A stretch of DNA of 55,622 nucleotides, from the NCBI GenBank assembly GCA_040752415.1, contig JBFMGU010000034.1, positions 1 through 55,622 of the forward strand. Reading direction: 5' to 3'. Both the position numbers and the translations under genes were made by a program. Shown one piece after another: positions 15,060 through 23,852 of the stretch. The stretch's first letter is position 1. Every line of letters starts with the position of its first letter. The notes beneath the pieces were generated by a model, which saw only the letters and a program-made list of their open reading frames with translations, did no database searches and had not been told where the DNA came from. Source of the DNA: Myxococcota bacterium (GTDB taxonomy: Bacteria; Myxococcota; JACRCW01).

Positions 15060-17189
15060 CTACGCGTTCCCCGTGGAAGGCGCCGCCGGCGGGGGCGGCA
15101 CGCTGTCACTGCTGGCGCTCGACGACGACGCGGCAGGCACCTGCGACTGGCCCTTCACCCGCACCTTGCCCGTCTTGAATCCGGCCTTCTGCAGCTTCAG
15201 CCGCTTGATGGCACCGGCCAGGATCTCGCCGATGAGCGTGCGGTAATCCATGCCCGCCGCCTTGGCGATGAGCACCAGGTCACTGAAGTCCGGCGTCAGA
15301 CCCGGCAGCGGATTCACCTCGAGCACGTAGGGCACGCCGTCATTGCCCAGGCGCACGTCGACACGACCCACGTCACGACAGTCCAACGCCTCGAACGTGT
15401 CCCGCGCCACCTTCTCCAGCGAGCGGAGCAGCTGCGGCGTCAGTTGGGCCGGGCAGTCGTAGCGGACGTGGCGGTTCCAGTCCTGCTTGATGGCGAAGTC
15501 ATACAGCGGGCGCTCATTGGCCGGGTCGGTGAACACGATCTCCATGGGCGGGAGGACCTTGGGCGGACGGTGGCCCAACAGCCCAATCGTGAACTCACGC
15601 CCCTTGATGTATTCCTCGACGAGCACGCGCTGGTCATACCGCTCAATCAGCTCCCGCGCCTGCGCCCGCAGCTGCTCCTCGTTGTCGACGACGGAGGACG
15701 GCCCGATGCCCTTGCTGGTCCCTTCCGCGTTGGGCTTGACGATGAGCGGGAAGCGCAGCGCCCTGTCCAGCCGCTCCTTGCCCGTGTCCATCACCTGGAA
15801 CGCCGGCGTGGGGATGTTGTGTTGACGCAGCACGCGCTTGGCCAGCGCCTTGTCCAATGCCACCGCCAACGTGGCGGCGTCGCTGCCGGTGTACGGAATA
15901 CCCAGCAGCTCCAACAGCGCCGGCACGTGCGCCTCCCGCGAGCGCCCCGCGAGACCCTCCGCGATGTTGAACACCACGTCGGGCTGGGTGGCGAGCACCT
16001 GGCGCGGAAGATCCGGCGTGGCCTCCAGGCGGATCACCTCGTGACCGTGGCTGGCAATGGCGTTGGCAATGGCGTCCAACGTCATGGGGCTGTCGAACTC
16101 GGCTTCCTCGTCGCCCGCGCTGCCGTCGATGGTGGGCTTCACGCGCTTGACGTTGTAGGCGAACCCCACGCGCAGCACCTTGGACTTGCGCGTGAACTCC
16201 CGCTCCTCACGCGGCTCATCCTTGGCCAGACCGGCGCGCTTGGCGGCGCTGCGCACGATCAGGTTGATGACGCCGGCAAAGTCCAGACCCTCCCGCTGCG
16301 CGGATGCAAACAGCGAGGCCCCCGGCGCCAGCGAAGGCAGCGCGTTGGCGTCGGTGAAGTAGATGCGCCCGTCGTCACCCAGGCGGAAGTCAATGCTGCC
16401 CGCGTCGCGGATGCCCAGCACCTTGAACGCGGTGCGCGCCAGCGCCTGCAGGCGGGCCGCCACGTCGCGCGGGATGGCGGCGGGGCAGCGCACGGAGACC
16501 AGCTTGGCCAGCTCGTTCTTGAGGCGGAAGTCGTAGAGGTTGTACTTGCGCTTGTAGGAGGGGTCGACGACGAACTCGACCGGCTCCAGCACGCCCACGC
16601 CCTCGAGGAAGTCCACGGTGACGTCGCGGCCAGCCACGTATTGCTCCACCAGCACGCCTTCCGGGTAGTCCTTGAGCGCACGCTCCAGGATCTTGCGCAG
16701 CTCCCGCGCGTCCGTGGCCACGGCGTCGTCGGAGATGCCCTTGGAGGAGCCCTCGTGGTTGGGCTTGACCAGGCAGGGATAGGCCACCGCGGAGGGAAGC
16801 TCGTCGCCGGGACGCACCAGGCGACCCGACGGCATGTCCAGCCCGTGCTGCGCCAGCGTCAGTCGGGTGAGGTGTTTGTCGAGCGTGAGCGCGCACGTGT
16901 ACGCGTCGCTGCCGGTATAGGGCAGGCCCAGCTCCTCGAAGAGCGCGGGGTAGAAAGCCTCCCGCACGCGCCCACGACGTCCCTCCGCCGTGTTGAACAC
17001 GATGTCCGGGGAGAACGCCTCCAGCCGCGCCACGAGGTGGCTGGCCGGCCCGCTGACCTCCACCTTCTCCACGACGTGTCCCCCCGACGTGAACACGTTG
17101 GTGATGGCGTCCACGGTTTCCGGGGAGTCGAACTCCGCGTCGGACGCGTCGGCGGAAAGCTTGAGGTTGTGCGTGAATGCGATGCGCAT
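15060..17189 (-). CDS. Tandem two-domain D-Ala-D-Ala-ligase-like ATP-grasp protein
   Basis: Two homologous halves, each with AEFDSP, FN.AEG..GR.REA, PYTGSDA, LDK and VKPN.EG.SKGI; start set at MRIAFTHN (ATG 17189). Confidence 0.92.
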   Translation of the reverse strand: MRIAFTHNLKLSADASDAEFDSPETVDAITNVFTSGGHVVEKVEVSGPASHLVARLEAFSPDIVFNTAEGRRGRVREAFYPALFEELGLPYTGSDAYTCALTLDKHLTRLTLAQHGLDMPSGRLVRPGDELPSAVAYPCLVKPNHEGSSKGISDDAVATDARELRKILERALKDYPEGVLVEQYVAGRDVTVDFLEGVGVLEPVEFVVDPSYKRKYNLYDFRLKNELAKLVSVRCPAAIPRDVAARLQALARTAFKVLGIRDAGSIDFRLGDDGRIYFTDANALPSLAPGASLFASAQREGLDFAGVINLIVRSAAKRAGLAKDEPREEREFTRKSKVLRVGFAYNVKRVKPTIDGSAGDEEAEFDSPMTLDAIANAIASHGHEVIRLEATPDLPRQVLATQPDVVFNIAEGLAGRSREAHVPALLELLGIPYTGSDAATLAVALDKALAKRVLRQHNIPTPAFQVMDTGKERLDRALRFPLIVKPNAEGTSKGIGPSSVVDNEEQLRAQARELIERYDQRVLVEEYIKGREFTIGLLGHRPPKVLPPMEIVFTDPANERPLYDFAIKQDWNRHVRYDCPAQLTPQLLRSLEKVARDTFEALDCRDVGRVDVRLGNDGVPYVLEVNPLPGLTPDFSDLVLIAKAAGMDYRTLIGEILAGAIKRLKLQKAGFKTGKVRVKGQSQVPAASSSSASSDSVPPPPAAPSTGNA

Positions 17190-17229
17190 GAGACCCGTCC
17201 TCGGCGGGGCGCCCCTGCTGTGGTCGCGC

Positions 17230-17412
17230 GATCCTGCGCTGCCCCGGCGCGAGGCGCGGCACCCTAGCACCGCCGCCCCTGCCGGCAAGATCCGCGGGCC
17301 GCCCCCCTGCGCGAACGCCGATCCATGAATGATCTCAACGGGATCGGTGACGTCGGGCGCGGCCGCGAACGGGGCCGGATCGGGATCCTTGCCTTCGGCG
17401 CGGGAGGAGATC
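17230..17412. promoter_or_regulatory. GATC-rich divergent promoter region
   Basis: GATC at 17230, 17289, 17320, 17331, 17342, 17378, 17384 and 17409. Confidence 0.45.
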
Positions 17413-17415
17413 CAA

Positions 17416-17970
17416 ATGGGGCGCGTGAGACGGGAAGACGCCAGCTACACCGCCAACTTCTGCGAGGAGAACGTCTGGCAACTCTGCCAGCGCCCGGAGC
17501 TTGCGTCCCGTCGACGAGACGCGGTGTTCATCTCCAACGCACACAAGGCCTGTCCGCTGTGGATGCAACGCGCCTCCCCCCACCCGCGCGAGCCGGTGAT
17601 GTGGGACTACCACGTGATCCTGCTCGTGGATGACGACGGGGGATGGCACGTCTGGGACCTGGACACGCGGCTGCCCTTCCCCTGTGCGCTGGAGCAGTAC
17701 CTGCGCGGCACGTTCCCGTACGAGCTCGTCGACGCGTACCAGCCCCGCTTCCGCCTCGTTGACGCGGAGACGTTCGTGGCCACGTTCGCGTCCGACCGCA
17801 GCCACATGCGCCGCGACGACGGGAGCTGGACCTCACCACCTCCGCCCTGGCCCGCCATCCGCACCGCAACCGAGACCATGAACCTCATGCGCTTCGTCGA
17901 CGTGGGCCGTGCGTTTGTTGGTGACGTGCTCACCCTCGACGAGCTGCGCGCGCGTCCCCGTCCCCGCTGA
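17416..17970 (+). CDS. Protein N-terminal glutamine amidohydrolase (NTAQ1/WDYHV family)
   Basis: YTANFCEENVW, VFISN, WDYHVIL, WDLDTRLPFP, FASDRSHM, PPPPWPAI; GGAGGA RBS. Confidence 0.92.
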   Translation: MGRVRREDASYTANFCEENVWQLCQRPELASRRRDAVFISNAHKACPLWMQRASPHPREPVMWDYHVILLVDDDGGWHVWDLDTRLPFPCALEQYLRGTFPYELVDAYQPRFRLVDAETFVATFASDRSHMRRDDGSWTSPPPPWPAIRTATETMNLMRFVDVGRAFVGDVLTLDELRARPRPR

Positions 17971-18021
17971 CTCAGCCGGTTGCCCTGCCGCGCATCCCTG
18001 CCCTACACCGTGGTCTCCGTC

Positions 18022-18993
18022 ATGGCCGACCCCTTCCTCCTCCCCGCCGACGCGCCGCTGGACCTGGCGGCGCCACCGACCTCGTCGGGAGAGCAGCGTC
18101 TCGTCGTGGGTGTGGTGTTCACGGTGGGGGGCGTGGCGCAGGATCACGACGCTGGCACGCTGGAGCTGGTGGCCGGTGACGCCGTGCTGGTGGAGACGCC
18201 GGAAGGATTGCGCCAGGGCACCGTGGCCATTGGCACGCACGCCCGCCACGTCGTGGGCCCGCTCCGACGCGTGGTCCGCAAGGTCACCGAGCAGGACGCC
18301 CGCGCCGCCGCGCAGCTGGCCGCAAAGGAAAAGCTGGCCATGCGCTTCTGCCTGCTGCGCATCCGCGCGCTGAAGCTGGACATGAAGCTGGTCAAGGTGG
18401 AGGGCGGGCTCGCGGGCGCGCGCATGACGTTCTACTTCGCCTCCGACGGGCGCGTGGACTTCCGGGAGCTGGTCAGCAACCTGGCGCGGGAGCTGCGGTG
18501 TCGCGTGGAGATGCGGCAGATTGGCGTGCGCGACGCGGCCCGCCTCGTCGGGGGCATTGGCGTTTGTGGGCGGGAGCTGTGCTGCTCGTCGTGGATGAAG
18601 AAGTTCGTCCCGGTGAGCATCAAGATGGCCAAGGACCAGGGCCTCTCGCTCAATCCGCAGAAGGTCAGTGGACAGTGTGGTCGTTTGTTGTGCTGCCTCA
18701 CGTACGAGCAGGAAACGTACAAGAACCTGCGCGCGGGTCTGCCCAAGGTGGGCAAGAGCTTCCGCACGCCGGATGGTCGCGTGGGGAAGGTCCGCGACGT
18801 GGACGTGCTGCGTGGTCGCGCGCGCGTCTGGTTCGAGAGCGGCGTGGAGGAATTCACGCGCGAGCAGATTGCCGCCATGGCCGGCGCGCTCCCGCCCTCC
18901 CCGCCCGAGCCGGATGACGACGAGGAAACGCCGTCTCCCAAGGCCCCGCCGCCCAAGAAGGTTGGCAAGAAGAAGATGCCCGCACCGCACTGA
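18022..18993 (+). CDS. ricT: PSP1-domain protein (RicT/YaaT family)
   Basis: FYFASDGRVDFRELV, RVEMRQIGVRD, GGIGVCGRELCC, SIKMAKDQGLSLNPQKVSGQCGRLLCCL; upstream of metG. Confidence 0.9.
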   Translation: MADPFLLPADAPLDLAAPPTSSGEQRLVVGVVFTVGGVAQDHDAGTLELVAGDAVLVETPEGLRQGTVAIGTHARHVVGPLRRVVRKVTEQDARAAAQLAAKEKLAMRFCLLRIRALKLDMKLVKVEGGLAGARMTFYFASDGRVDFRELVSNLARELRCRVEMRQIGVRDAARLVGGIGVCGRELCCSSWMKKFVPVSIKMAKDQGLSLNPQKVSGQCGRLLCCLTYEQETYKNLRAGLPKVGKSFRTPDGRVGKVRDVDVLRGRARVWFESGVEEFTREQIAAMAGALPPSPPEPDDDEETPSPKAPPPKKVGKKKMPAPH

Positions 18994-19043
18994 GCTGCGG
19001 CGATTCGTGATCATCCCTATGTTGTCGTCTCACTGGAGCACCC

Positions 19044-21140
19044 ATGGCTGAACGCATCCTCATCACCGCCGCTCTCCCCTACGCCAACGGTTCCGCCCAC
19101 CTGGGCCACCTGCTCGAGCAGATCCAGGTTGACGTCTTCACGCGCGGTCACCGGCTGATGGGCCATGACGCCGTGTTCCTCTGCGCCGACGACACCCACG
19201 GCACGCCCATCGAGGTCAACGCGCGCAAGCAGGGCATCACACCCGAGCAGCTGGTGGCGCGTTCCTACGAGGAGCACGTCTCCGCCTTCCGCGACTTCCT
19301 CGTCCGCCACGACCACTACAGCTCCACCAACAGCGACGAGAACCGCAAGTACGCCGAGCTGTTCTTCAACCGCGCCAAGGCCAAGGGGCTGGTGTTCACC
19401 AAGGACGTCGAGCAGATGTACTGCGAGAAAGACGCGCGCTTCCTGCCTGACCGCTTCATCCGCGGCACCTGCCCGCGCTGCAAGGCGCCCGACCAGTACG
19501 GTGACAGCTGCGAGGTCTGCGGCGCGACGTACCAGCCCACCGAACTGCTCGAGCCGAAGTGCGCCATCTGCGGCACGCGGCCCGTCGTCAAACCGTCCTC
19601 GCAGTACTTCTTTGACCTGCCGAAGCTCGAGGCTGCCGTGGGTGCCTGGACGGAAGTGCCGGAGCACCTGCAGCCGGAGATCCGCAACTTCGTCAACGCG
19701 TGGTTCAAGGACGGCCTGCGCCCCTGGGACATCAGCCGCTCCGCGCCCTACTTCGGGTTCAAGATTCCCGGTGAGGCCGACAAGTACTTCTACGTCTGGA
19801 TGGACGCGCCCATCGGGTACGTCTCGACGACGGAGCAGTACACGCAGAAGGCGAGTCGGCGCTTTGAGGACTACTGGAACCCCACCGCCGGTGACGTGAA
19901 GATCTACCACTTCATCGGCAAGGACATCGTGTACTTCCACACGCTGTTCTGGCCCGCGCTCCTCACCGCCGCCGAGCTGCGCCTTCCCGACGGCGTCTTC
20001 GTCCACGGCATGCTCACCGCCGACGGGACCAAGCTCAGCAAGTCGCGTGGCACGTTCATCAACGCGCGCACGTATCTCAACCACCTGCCGCCGGAGCTGC
20101 TCCGCTACTACTTCTGCACCAAGCTCACCGCTGGCGTCGACGATCTCGACCTCAGCTTCGACGACTTCATCGGTCGCGTGAACGGGGACCTGGTCAACAA
20201 CATCGCCAACCTCTACTCGCGTGCGGTCAAGGTGGTGCATGACAAGCTGGACGGGAAGATTCCGCGCCTCGCCGACGTGCGCGATACCGCGGCGCGTGAC
20301 CGCGTCCTCGCCTTCGAGCGGGAGGTGCTGCCGGAGATCGGACGCGCGTACAACCAGCGCGACTATCACGTCGTCGTCAGGCGCGTGCTGGAGCTGACGG
20401 ACTTTGCCAACAAGTACATCCAGGACCAGAAGCCGTGGGACCAGGTCAAGAATGACCCGAAGCTCGGCGCGGAAACGCTTTCGGTGGCGCTGAATGCGGG
20501 GAAGCTCGTCGCCGTCGCGCTGCAGCCCATCCTGCCGAAGTTCGCCGACACCGTGGCGCGCATGCTCAAGCTGCACAGTGGCGACGCGCTGTGGGAGCCC
20601 ACCATCGCACGCGACGGGAAGGCCGACCTCGGCGGAGAGACGCAGTATGGGCCGTACATCCGGCTCTTTGACCGCATCGACCGCAAGCAGGTCGACGCGA
20701 TCATCGAGGACTCCAAGAAGGAGGCCGGTGTGACGGCTGCGCCCGCGGAACCGGCCAAGACCGAGGAGAAGAAGGAAAAGAAGGAGAAGAAGAAGGAGCC
20801 CGCAGGCCCGCCGCCCGTCATCACCATCGACGACTTTGGCAAGGTGGACCTGCGCGTGGGGCTCGTGACGGAGGCCTCGCTCGTCGAGGGGGCGGACAAG
20901 CTGCTGCGCCTTACCGTGGACCTGGGAGAGCTGGGGACGCGGAACATCTTCGCGGGGATTCGGAAGGCCTATTCGCCGGAGCAGATGAAGGGGAAGCGCG
21001 TGATCGTCGTCGCCAACCTGGCGCCGCGTCAGATGAAGTTCGGCGTCAGTGAAGGCATGGTGCTCGCAGCGGAAGACGGCGGGGCGCTGTTCGCCATCAC
21101 GCCGGATGGGACCTGCAAGCCCGGTAGCAAGGTGGCGTGA
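19044..21140 (+). CDS. metG: Methionine--tRNA ligase with C-terminal tRNA-binding domain
   Basis: ALPYANG..HLGH, DDTHGTPI, Zn knuckles, WDISR, FIGKDI..FH, KLSKS, C-terminal OB fold. Confidence 0.98.
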   Translation: MAERILITAALPYANGSAHLGHLLEQIQVDVFTRGHRLMGHDAVFLCADDTHGTPIEVNARKQGITPEQLVARSYEEHVSAFRDFLVRHDHYSSTNSDENRKYAELFFNRAKAKGLVFTKDVEQMYCEKDARFLPDRFIRGTCPRCKAPDQYGDSCEVCGATYQPTELLEPKCAICGTRPVVKPSSQYFFDLPKLEAAVGAWTEVPEHLQPEIRNFVNAWFKDGLRPWDISRSAPYFGFKIPGEADKYFYVWMDAPIGYVSTTEQYTQKASRRFEDYWNPTAGDVKIYHFIGKDIVYFHTLFWPALLTAAELRLPDGVFVHGMLTADGTKLSKSRGTFINARTYLNHLPPELLRYYFCTKLTAGVDDLDLSFDDFIGRVNGDLVNNIANLYSRAVKVVHDKLDGKIPRLADVRDTAARDRVLAFEREVLPEIGRAYNQRDYHVVVRRVLELTDFANKYIQDQKPWDQVKNDPKLGAETLSVALNAGKLVAVALQPILPKFADTVARMLKLHSGDALWEPTIARDGKADLGGETQYGPYIRLFDRIDRKQVDAIIEDSKKEAGVTAAPAEPAKTEEKKEKKEKKKEPAGPPPVITIDDFGKVDLRVGLVTEASLVEGADKLLRLTVDLGELGTRNIFAGIRKAYSPEQMKGKRVIVVANLAPRQMKFGVSEGMVLAAEDGGALFAITPDGTCKPGSKVA

Positions 21141-21155
21141 CGAAGTGACCTGAGG

Positions 21156-21194
21156 GAAAGCGGTACTTCATACCGCAGTCCGAAAGTGCTGGCG
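21156..21194. repeat. Third copy of the REP-like palindromic unit
   Basis: gaaagcggtacttcataccgcagtccgaaagtgctggcg differs at two positions from 13631-13669; again between convergent genes. Confidence 0.88.
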
Positions 21195-21230
21195 GCGGCT
21201 CACACCAACACCAGGGCCAGCACGAGAAGG

Positions 21231-21635
21231 TCAGGCGCCGCGAGCTTCCGCGGATGACGACGACGCCATCGAACGGATGCGGTCCATCAGCGGCTGGAAG
21301 CTCGCCGCCTTCTCCACAATGGCGCAGCGGGGATGCCACGCGCGCGCTTCTTCCGACGTGCCCAGGTACGTGCCCGAATGCAGAATCACCGGCACCTGCG
21401 ACGCCACCGGGTCCTTGGCCAACAACTGCAGGCTCTGCAGGCCAGAGAGACCAGGCAGGTGGTGGTCGAGAATCACCAGGTCCGGGCGCGGGCGTCCGTC
21501 GGCGTCCCGACCCGCCACGCGGTTCACCAGCCCCAGCGCGGACTTCATCACCTCCACGGCGTGACCCTGACGCTGCAACGCACCCACGATCATCTCGCAA
21601 GCCAGCGCGTCGTCATCCACGACCACAATGCGCAT
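21231..21635 (-). CDS. Single-domain response regulator (CheY-like receiver)
   Basis: VVVDDD, PDLVILDHHLPGLSG, PVILHSG, VEK. Confidence 0.9.
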   Translation of the reverse strand: MRIVVVDDDALACEMIVGALQRQGHAVEVMKSALGLVNRVAGRDADGRPRPDLVILDHHLPGLSGLQSLQLLAKDPVASQVPVILHSGTYLGTSEEARAWHPRCAIVEKAASFQPLMDRIRSMASSSSAEARGA

Positions 21636-21751
21636 TCCACCCCTCCAGTCATTTGGACAAATCCCCGTCCAACAAACGGGGGCGCGAAGATGTGCCGCGC
21701 CATGCTCCCGTCGTCAACGGCCGCCTGACCGAGGTTTGCAACCTGCTGATT

Positions 21752-22480
21752 TCATTGGGCCGCGGGACGCTCTTCGCGCGTCCACAGCGGACTTCCTTCC
21801 TCATAGTCCACATAGGCACGGACAAACGCAGACGTCGTCAGCGCCACCAGCGGGAGCACCGTGAAGTTGAGTCCCACCGCCATCAACGTGCCCGCCAGCA
21901 ACGCCGCGTCGACGGCGGCAGGCACCTGCGGATGCGGCGTGGTCAACCACAGCGCGTACGTCATGGCCAGGATGGCCGGCGGCATCATGATGCCCAACCC
22001 CACCAGGCGCGCCGGCGCAAGTCGACCGAGGTGGAAGGTGTTGAACACCACGTCGAGCATGAACAGCGTGGCACCGCCCGCAACCAACGCGCCCACCGCC
22101 GCTCCCGGCAACGAGCCCGCCCCCAACACCACCGTGGGCGCACCGTTGCTGATGCTGGGCACGGGAAGCCCGGCCAGCGCAAAACCCGCCACGCCACCCA
22201 CCAGCGCCGGCCCCAGCGCCAGCAGCACTGGCGCCAGAATGTCGACGCCGAGGAGCAGCGTGGCCTGCCATTCCAACGGCGCAGTGCGCGCAATGAACAT
22301 GGTGGCATCCACGGGCCCCAGTGAGGGACGCCACGGCGGCGGCTCGTTCTCGAAGCCGGGCGAAGCCGTTTCGGCGGGTGGTGCATCCTGGTCTGCGAAA
22401 GATGGAGACGCGGTGAAAGACAGGGCGAATACCGCCGCCACCATCACGCGCATGGACTTTGCTGACGTCGTCATCATCAT
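21752..22480 (-). CDS. Hypothetical membrane protein
   Basis: Signal-like N-terminus and several hydrophobic segments; starts 2 nt after the upstream stop. Confidence 0.65.
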   Translation of the reverse strand: MMMTTSAKSMRVMVAAVFALSFTASPSFADQDAPPAETASPGFENEPPPWRPSLGPVDATMFIARTAPLEWQATLLLGVDILAPVLLALGPALVGGVAGFALAGLPVPSISNGAPTVVLGAGSLPGAAVGALVAGGATLFMLDVVFNTFHLGRLAPARLVGLGIMMPPAILAMTYALWLTTPHPQVPAAVDAALLAGTLMAVGLNFTVLPLVALTTSAFVRAYVDYEEGSPLWTREERPAAQ

Positions 22481-22482
22481 GC

Positions 22483-23805
22483 TCACTGCTCCTGGGGTGC
22501 CCACGGACGCTTCCAACAGGGAGACCCTTCTGGCGGCGGCGGGTTCGGCGGGAACACGTCCACCGGTGCGCGCGCCAGCGCTACGGACCTTCGGGAAACT
22601 TCGTCTTCTTCCAGACCAACCCACACCTGCACCTCACGCCCAATCCGCACGATGGACGACTTGACCTGCGCGCCTTCCATCGCACGCTGCATGGCCGGCT
22701 CCAGCTCCTGCGCCTCGTGCTCCGCGTCCATCACAATGCGCCACACCGCGGTGTCGTCGGCGAGAAGTGCCATGGTGTCACCGCCCCATCCCTCGGCCGC
22801 CTGCTCCGGAGTGGGCCCCGTCCACGTCCGGTATGCCACGCGGTCCCAGTGACGACGCAGCAACCATCGCAGACCCCACTCACCTTGCGGCGTCCGACGT
22901 CGGACGGGCGCAAAGCCAATCACGTCCACCTCGACGTTCAGCGGCGGGTCGGTGGCGGTCATGAACTTGGCGGGATGCAGCGCATGCTCCGTGCTCATGG
23001 GCGGATGGCACGCCATGTAGAGATGCGCGTCCTTCCCCCACGAACGCTCCACCGCCCACACGAAGCGACTGCCGTCGTAGTAGTGCGCAATGAATCCGTC
23101 GCGGAGGAACAGGGGAAGGTCCCCGCTGCGGCCCCGGGAAGCCATCCGCTCATTCATCCCGCGACTCCCCGGGAGCCACATGCTCGTCGTGAAGACGTCA
23201 GCGGTGAGCACGCCCAGCGGACCGAGATACGGCGGCGGCATCATGGGCATGCCCACCCGGTTGCCCACCACGGTGGCCTGCCCCTCGACGGCAAAGGCCA
23301 GCGCGCGGGAGCGGTCGTCGTCGAACTCGAGGTGGTTGTTCAGCGTTTGCAGGCCCATGGCCTGGTCTTGCGCGGCGTGCACCAGCTCATGCGCCACGGT
23401 CACCGGCTCCTGCAGCGCGGCGGCAACATGGACGAGGTCAAACCCTTCCACGACGTAGAACTTGCGATCCTTGTGGTCGTAGAAGCCCGCGGCCTGCTCT
23501 TCCAGGAAGCCCTGGTATGCCTGCCGCAGGTCCACGGGACGGGGAAAGAACCCGAACGCGTGCAGCAGCCGCGAGTAGGCCACGATGTCGTCGCGCTGGA
23601 AGGAGTCCTCGATCTGCGCCTGGAGCCGCTGCCGGGTCTCGTCGGGGGAGAGACGCTCGAAGTCGACCCCTTCCTTCAGGGGCAGCCCCGAGACCGCGGG
23701 AATGAGGCGTAGCGCGGGACGGGCGAACAGCGGCGCCAACGGCGTGGTGAGCGCCGGCACGGCAAAGCCCAGCGAGAGGGCCAGGATGGCAAGCGCGCGT
23801 CGCAT
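22483..23805 (-). CDS. Exported HEXXH zinc-metallopeptidase-like protein
   Basis: AGFYD, AHELVHAAQDQ, VEGQAT, PPMSTEH..HP, GEWG, AAEGWGGD; GGAGG RBS. Confidence 0.78.
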   Translation of the reverse strand: MRRALAILALSLGFAVPALTTPLAPLFARPALRLIPAVSGLPLKEGVDFERLSPDETRQRLQAQIEDSFQRDDIVAYSRLLHAFGFFPRPVDLRQAYQGFLEEQAAGFYDHKDRKFYVVEGFDLVHVAAALQEPVTVAHELVHAAQDQAMGLQTLNNHLEFDDDRSRALAFAVEGQATVVGNRVGMPMMPPPYLGPLGVLTADVFTTSMWLPGSRGMNERMASRGRSGDLPLFLRDGFIAHYYDGSRFVWAVERSWGKDAHLYMACHPPMSTEHALHPAKFMTATDPPLNVEVDVIGFAPVRRRTPQGEWGLRWLLRRHWDRVAYRTWTGPTPEQAAEGWGGDTMALLADDTAVWRIVMDAEHEAQELEPAMQRAMEGAQVKSSIVRIGREVQVWVGLEEDEVSRRSVALARAPVDVFPPNPPPPEGSPCWKRPWAPQEQ

Positions 23806-23852
23806 TCGTCCTCCGTGCGGGCGGCGCAAGCTAGGCGCGCGTCACGGAAACC

